A stretch of 64,000 nt of DNA, taken from IMG/VR virus record IMGVR_UViG_3300002542_000006, positions 4,740 to 68,739 of that record; one strand, written 5' to 3'. The notes beneath the pieces were generated by a model that worked only from the letters and a program-made list of their open reading frames with translations, was not told the DNA's origin and searched no databases. The stretch comes from a virus. Shown piece after piece: positions 61,501-64,000 of the stretch; positions within the stretch are counted from its first letter, which is position 1, and every line of letters begins with the position of its first letter. A program made the translations under genes and the position numbers.

Positions 61501-61830
61501 TAAATCTAATCGTCTTTCAAACGCTTCATATTCTCTTTCAAAGTTATTTATTTTTCCGGTCTTCAAGTCTTCAAAGGCATTTCTTTTTATATCGTCTAAA
61601 TCCTTCAAAAACTGAGAGACCATATTATTTACTCCGCTTGCGCTAGCGGAGCCTTTTGTTGATGCGAATCTCTTTACATATTGCACGCCAGAAGAAAATA
61701 TTTCTTTATTTTTCTCATAAGTGCCACTAAGCACTGGCATTTCATTCTTAACAACGTTTTTAGCTGAATAATAAAGCGATTTGCCCAAATTGGACAAATA
61801 CGACTTGGATAAAGCCAACTTTTTCCACAC
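52594..61830 (-). CDS. Tape-measure protein/tail-associated lysin with SLT and M15 D-Ala-D-Ala peptidase domains
   Basis: 3078 aa; hydrophobic Gly-rich repeats; ETES..SARGWGQL..AYNVGPG (SLT); SGYRS..SNH..G.AADI..EPWHFE (M15); late promoter 61842-61853. Confidence 0.88.
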   Translation of the reverse strand: MWKKLALSKSYLSNLGKSLYYSAKNVVKNEMPVLSGTYEKNKEIFSSGVQYVKRFASTKGSASASGVNNMVSQFLKDLDDIKRNAFEDLKTGKINNFEREYEAFERRLDLDDDSGDLDDVEFSIREDDTSITIEQTKIREAGSNLRTKALMETIVEASDRSANYIVGNNRKLSSMFMTLSSQMHTETIKTITDTNNLLTSIVEFHNNQIVDHMNKTLTFYDNVLQELREIKEGLIPKKEEPGSTPTSFEDILSSGGLDLKAYGEAIKKNFSTWFGGTSLGLAASMSKMAGGGEGGILGMIKNNPLGFLTDFMVAGLMPKSLKLVMKSLDNSVTGLFSSLILGLNRMKGDFSSPFKQMLGSIFGLEIDGRRKIDPSKFHKGVMQYNGRADKAITEVIPTLLSHILSAVQGSNKVMIYNYSSGKFVETVGLTKDHQKRIRQGGVYEMYDIREGMKSRLAQIKGGTSEFMIEELDTFLDYLITSGRNYNPYTTKSAKDLSGLQLKDERSYNLLRAAFMSMPKSVQNRIAQGIIKGRMGASRTVENIEKELAESGLGIAYSGLEAPTVKAGSGYSTTNTLLRDIKNILIEGIKVVQIGTMPSRPSLLKRIMGRKIDSTNYGEGKVSVAMQPSTPITGGEGPSTLQGKKDLEESFQQSEEQLLRSMAISGSVGYQHTGFRRFVEEVTKQSSLRDKFRVIKQGFSPSNIFTKVANKIDEFAHALIFGRHGKESSEDGDDGGGDGPSRNSFFARMTERISNAIDKSLKWVDKNILSPLHEKFFGEDGIFTKFQQQLTPFLDRFKDFAKAKYEKMKEFFLGSLNKEGFYTGGILADIANSFKDYSNQLRHFFTGSGYVKSTGEVVKQNKETSVFAYVKKYSKNIMESVKTGLFGTKYEIDEVDPETGEVRKVTKRRDDGLLSGIMDQLKRTYKIFDNLFKSKKNESDEDVERSIDQWKRELKGFLPKGLAGGALGAISSAVLPGGPMMWAMIGSTIAFAGHSKKFREFLFGNDEEGRPGIIPPHYKKILNEVKQTLPSILGGGILGLGASLLLPGGPLLGLTLGSAIGFASQSKTMQEWLFGKTDEKGNIITKGVLGPDFKDKMKEYLPSMGAGGILGMGASFFLPGGPLIGLTIGSALGFAAKSKKVQDMLFGQTDKDGNIITKGLITPEMRNKIKENLPRGIAGGIFGALSGLVTGGLLPGGPLVGAMVGASMSILSTSEKFKEFMFGKVDPESGRRVGGLLGSVRDFVRDEFLIPFKGWLRNKGKVIGEWFDSAIKAPLFHAMQPLRAAFGILGKNIKDAWADMKKSFVNAFHEVFTKNVGIPLKNFIKENITDPLKKTLDRFFNFLGKGLSMILTAPIKGLTLFANSIIDSEAEKTGMSRDEILEKYGSSREDKDESLSKQGSSIIEQTKDAISKANVAGLLPAPREESKGSFMDRLNKNIKEGKYGDELKKYGFLQFFAAGSPAASAGNGRLKLDLGGGIGKSKDDGSILSKIFGVLVSFGKKLKNIDESTQSINHQLLDGITVKERLNAQGKSKALELVGSFDYDKFTAHNSTLLQYVRDIRNEVHGQLDGLGYNVETITNIMLDAFGAPSEEAKGLKGERGNRKRRGIFGRIMDIIRSPFTFMKNLTKTLILKPIRRLWNFTTKAFMKIPRMIGRAVTWFGKSLYRIVKLPFRAMGGIVKGIANFFRSNFFKSLVNFSKVLLDGVVVKPLKALFKVTGDVAKGMWQIAKGIGGLAKDAALGMINLTRKAIPAVTKGLWNLAKGIGNLTVKVGKAVMGMAKFAAGLIGRGVRAVGRLFGIGRMSQIQGSLTGLSGKPVYVVGGTLDKVEDVGKVDILNKIEECIKTLPCGGGDETNTITAKRRLGLDLQTFASSKTAQATGDGRTTGTSQGRPGDASATQTGTRKASNIFSRAGSFIARMSRSKWISPIPRIMAIESLTKRVRTEQDYRNASLGLLNELVVSNIQLLDVTNKATTDEKGKSIFDTLRNISSAIKNMWPLLGAFLAPFLRDIYNIMKRLTTGLGRWFGGGPSVDTPSSGKRGGGGATTKGGGSVRPPAGGGTILLPPGGGTQGRGRGGRGGTLSLPGPTDGRGPGRGQSIEMVRGRDGTYRAKPTLGSRLANLARGAKRVPVIGSLLGLGLVGYDAYNVYSAETEEEKDEAKKGLFGTLGGIAGGFAAGAALGAAGGTIVPGIGNIVGATIGGIGGAIIGEAGVRRLYEKKDEIAEWAKDKYNKAKNFTIEAATKFWNSAPVETVRNLSTGFITMISEITSGVIDGGAEILKSLGALVGRLWNNFKRTLNEKWNEWVVEPFQRGMEWIKESWGKFKDWTAEKWNSWVVDPLNNFGNFVSEKWTNVKNWFGEVWEEYVPEPIKNFFGTLKTKFTEIGNWVGDKWQSWIVNPLNRAVGAVREGFKAVGDWVGNKWDDWVVEPLQNFGTGIKNLWNKATDWASDIWNSIFGDRGKTAKEKMSKAGKETGESARNVGRKVARWLDSIAVPDEKGGGDPVYDDLSYAIRGAIPGTDATASDLIMINSIAERFGINPHLWLALAETESNLYSKAVNPVSSARGWGQLLEDTARGIYENTLKLGKYNHNMAFDKNINATMSMAYLRQMFDMFGGDATKAIIAYNVGPGNVKKGIGLYDTGGYGRGHGREYLERVVRNLKENTGLDLKDVVDTSKMTPIDLAAAASITGLAGMDAATSGSVKEYTMASTLGALGTFLAGDKVKEMFGFDPSELTSVLDAELMKQTDPFYAAIVDTSSTGVGATFNAANKTYSSSDINAVKARNSQLYPLVRGDNDVHEFLAERLNNISRAYGKSITINSGYRSDEEQIKLINEWRAKNPGKSEAERRKWVADPGRSNHAVGIAADISGWIQNLSEAELAKFGLYRPMSWEPWHFEPIETKLYGRSRSELMPLFGTPMEPNPNLARYISSEFKGTIGGVTYTSGFTPPIMGQTGGGDPIYDNNFGPPDISEYTQRVSEAVTSSSGNANNNFDKIIQLLTVIASSLENLVGISDEAKEILKNYFESIEQAYNQRGTTSTSRPIVSNTNTPPINPLSSGSGANRKRNDKSGIIAQIAKGTVL
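58125..58975 (-). repeat. Four tandem ~60-aa repeats within the tape measure protein
   Basis: Unit GGxLG...LPGGP..G..IG....F...SK...E.LFG..D..G; boundaries approximate. Confidence 0.85.
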
Positions 61831-61891
61831 CTCCTTATGGTTATTAAAGTGTTTTTATTTAAAAAGAATGATTTTTCAAAAAAAAAAAATA

Positions 61892-61919
61892 ACCGCAGAA
61901 GGAGAAATCCTTCTGCGGT
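61892..61919 (-). terminator. Intrinsic terminator
   Basis: 12-bp stem ACCGCAGAAGGA/TCCTTCTGCGGT followed by a long T-run on the minus strand. Confidence 0.8.
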
Positions 61920-61925
61920 ATTCGA

Positions 61926-62483
61926 TTAGCTGAGAAGATCTTTCACTTTCGGGTTGTACCGAGACTTCATGGCAATCTTCCGGTGCTTATTGAACTTGAT
62001 GTTCTTGATCATCGGTCGACCACTGCCGTCCTTTTGATTCGGTACATGACTGCGACGTACGCGCTCGTCGAAATCGCGCATGAAGAACGTTTGTTCGACG
62101 TCGCCAACTCCAAAGAATTTCACTGCTTTGCCGACCTTATCCATGTATAGATGGTCAGCATGATGAACAGCGTCAATTACGACAGCTGCCAAAGATTTCG
62201 GAACTTTGTAGTTCTCCAGAGCAGCAAGTGCTTCATTGCTGTTAAGGCCGAGTTGTTTCAGGATATCGGCAACAGCTTTCTTGAATTCTTTACCGAGAAA
62301 ACGATCTTCGGTGATGAATTCACCCTTCTTGACCTTGGTGTTCTTTGCGACATAGTTCGGATCGCTGAGCAGTGCTTCAACAATGGATGTCAGTTCCGAC
62401 TTGTTGAACACTTTGCGCGGAGAAGGATTCTTCTCCTTCAGACGTTGGATAACGTCGTCAACAGCAACGATTTTCGTTTTCAT
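61926..62483 (-). CDS. Abundant basic protein, possibly HU/IHF-like DNA-binding protein
   Basis: 185 aa, basic, helices followed by a beta-arm-like segment; high-expression codon bias; HU call is tentative. Confidence 0.45.
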   Translation of the reverse strand: MKTKIVAVDDVIQRLKEKNPSPRKVFNKSELTSIVEALLSDPNYVAKNTKVKKGEFITEDRFLGKEFKKAVADILKQLGLNSNEALAALENYKVPKSLAAVVIDAVHHADHLYMDKVGKAVKFFGVGDVEQTFFMRDFDERVRRSHVPNQKDGSGRPMIKNIKFNKHRKIAMKSRYNPKVKDLLS

Positions 62484-62561
62484 GATTTAATCGCTCCTCA
62501 TTTGATATTTTGATAAATTTAATTCATAGTTTGCAAAATGTTTTTTAATTATACTCAGAGA

Positions 62562-62819
62562 TTACTTCTTTTTACTTTTAGGAGATTTTGAAGGTTTTTG
62601 ATGAAAAAATCCATTATAGAAGATAGCAATATGACCACTATCAGTTCTACCATAACCGCCAATTATCTTAGTGGTTACAATATCATCATCTCCATTTACT
62701 ACAATATTATGCACTTCTTTCGCTTTTTTCTCAATATCTTCAGGAGAGAAACCAAACACATCTGTTTGAAGCATCTTCATAATAACACTCTTATTCACAT
62801 CTTTAACAGCTACAGACAT
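62562..62819 (-). CDS. Small early protein with YxRxxxGxIxI motif
   Basis: SD GGAGG; early promoter 62864-62882; YGRTDSGHIAIFYN; basic tail. Confidence 0.7.
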   Translation of the reverse strand: MSVAVKDVNKSVIMKMLQTDVFGFSPEDIEKKAKEVHNIVVNGDDDIVTTKIIGGYGRTDSGHIAIFYNGFFHQKPSKSPKSKKK

Positions 62820-62977
62820 TTCAATCTTCCTCCATTAGTTTATTAATATCGAGTTTGTGGCCCAATATAATAATATATATTTAAGCCGCATTTTTCATTA
62901 TTGTGGGCATATATTAGCTAAATTAAATAATGGAAACACCAAAATAATGTTATCATAATACGAAAGGAATGATATCT

Positions 62978-64000
62978 TTGATAGATATCAGGTTTCTTAA
63001 GCCTAATATTATTTATAGAAATAACTCGAAATTTATACTCCCCTTAAATGTAAAGGAGAGAACAAAGGGCACAGTCTATGTACCTATAGTAAAAACCGAA
63101 AAGGATACTTTGAATTTTTTTACAGATCCTATGTGGGTTATGAGAAATATACGATTTTATTACCATGAAAAGCTGTTTAATTACAAGATCTATAATAAAG
63201 TAATAAGATACCGTATCAAAGATACTGAACTTAGGGAAATGTTTGAAGAAAAACTGAGTCCAATTTTGCCGGAATTAAAATTGGCCATTAATTATTCAAT
63301 TATGAAGGGAAGAAACTATATCCACGATGTTAGTTTCTTCACCAAAGAATTCTTCAATATTGAAGATTCAAGATTTGGTATGCTTAGAGTAAATGAATAC
63401 TTTAGATTGTTTAAAGAATTTATTCCAAAGAAAATAGATGATACTCTCTATAATAATAAATGTATGTTTATTCCTATTGATTACTGGATAAATGACGTAA
63501 AAGACTTTTCGATCTTTAATTTGAGAAAGACCGATAATTTCATCTCATTATTCTTCCATAAACTCAAAGACGATCCTTCATATTTTTCTGAAAATTTTAG
63601 CGGATGGAAGTTTTTCTTCACATATAAAAACCAAATGTTCTTTATGATGCCTGAGACGTTTGATGAAGATACTCATAAAGAGTTTAGAAAACTTTGGAAC
63701 AAGCTTCGTCCGGTAAAGGGTAGTGAAGTAAAGGATATTGAATCATTTGCTACCGAAGAAGAACTCGAAGAGATTATTGAAGCTAAAAACCGTACAAAAA
63801 TTCAAGAGAAAATTGATGAATTTATGAAAGATGATGAACTTGATGAGGAGATTTTCAATACCCTTATTGATAAAACTGCTAAAAAACTAAATGTATCTAT
63901 AAGAGATGAGGATTTGAAAGAGGTTCCAGATTCCATTGTAACTCCATTGGAGCTTGAGCTGGAGAAGGTTAACTCTGAGCTCAATGAAACGCTTCCTAAA
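62978..64000 (+). CDS. 5' part of a large late gene running off the window (not in ORF track)
   Basis: TTG start after SD GAAAGGA; reads MIDIRFLKPNIIYRNNSKFILPLNV...; apparently open to the window end (consistent with its absence from the stop-terminated ORF track); AACA-N6-TA at 62935-62946. Confidence 0.75.
   Translation, partial: MIDIRFLKPNIIYRNNSKFILPLNVKERTKGTVYVPIVKTEKDTLNFFTDPMWVMRNIRFYYHEKLFNYKIYNKVIRYRIKDTELREMFEEKLSPILPELKLAINYSIMKGRNYIHDVSFFTKEFFNIEDSRFGMLRVNEYFRLFKEFIPKKIDDTLYNNKCMFIPIDYWINDVKDFSIFNLRKTDNFISLFFHKLKDDPSYFSENFSGWKFFFTYKNQMFFMMPETFDEDTHKEFRKLWNKLRPVKGSEVKDIESFATEEELEEIIEAKNRTKIQEKIDEFMKDDELDEEIFNTLIDKTAKKLNVSIRDEDLKEVPDSIVTPLELELEKVNSELNETLPK

Overview
A 64 kb segment of an AT-rich jumbo myophage of the phiKZ/AR9-PBS1 type, most likely infecting a Firmicute (strong AGGAGG SD sites, SH3b and M15 peptidase domains, Bacillus-like tRNAs). 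Core genes: probable major capsid protein, prohead protease, four fragments of split multisubunit RNA polymerases, NAD-dependent ligase, RecA-like recombinase, PhuZ/TubZ-like tubulin, type IIA topoisomerase A and B, Dda-like and DnaB-like helicases, SbcD/Mre11-like nuclease, RNase H, a protein kinase-like protein, a 3078-aa tape-measure/lysin, and tRNA-Leu(UAA) plus tRNA-Ile2/Met(CAU). Two promoter classes are visible by eye: TATATATTAT (13 copies found, all on the minus strand; early-like) and AACA-N6-T[A/G] (10 exact copies found; AR9 late-like). Most notable unexplained signals: (1) a ~285-nt independently transcribed structured RNA at 9449-9733, with a 6S-like rod and central bubble plus a pseudoknotted apical domain; (2) a YxRxxxGxIxI peptide motif repeated four times on an RNAP subunit tail and also present on the DnaB tail and an 85-aa early protein; (3) a 61/62-nt copy of the recA 5' end embedded in frame in the next gene. 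All calls come from motif recognition by eye; no database searches were run.
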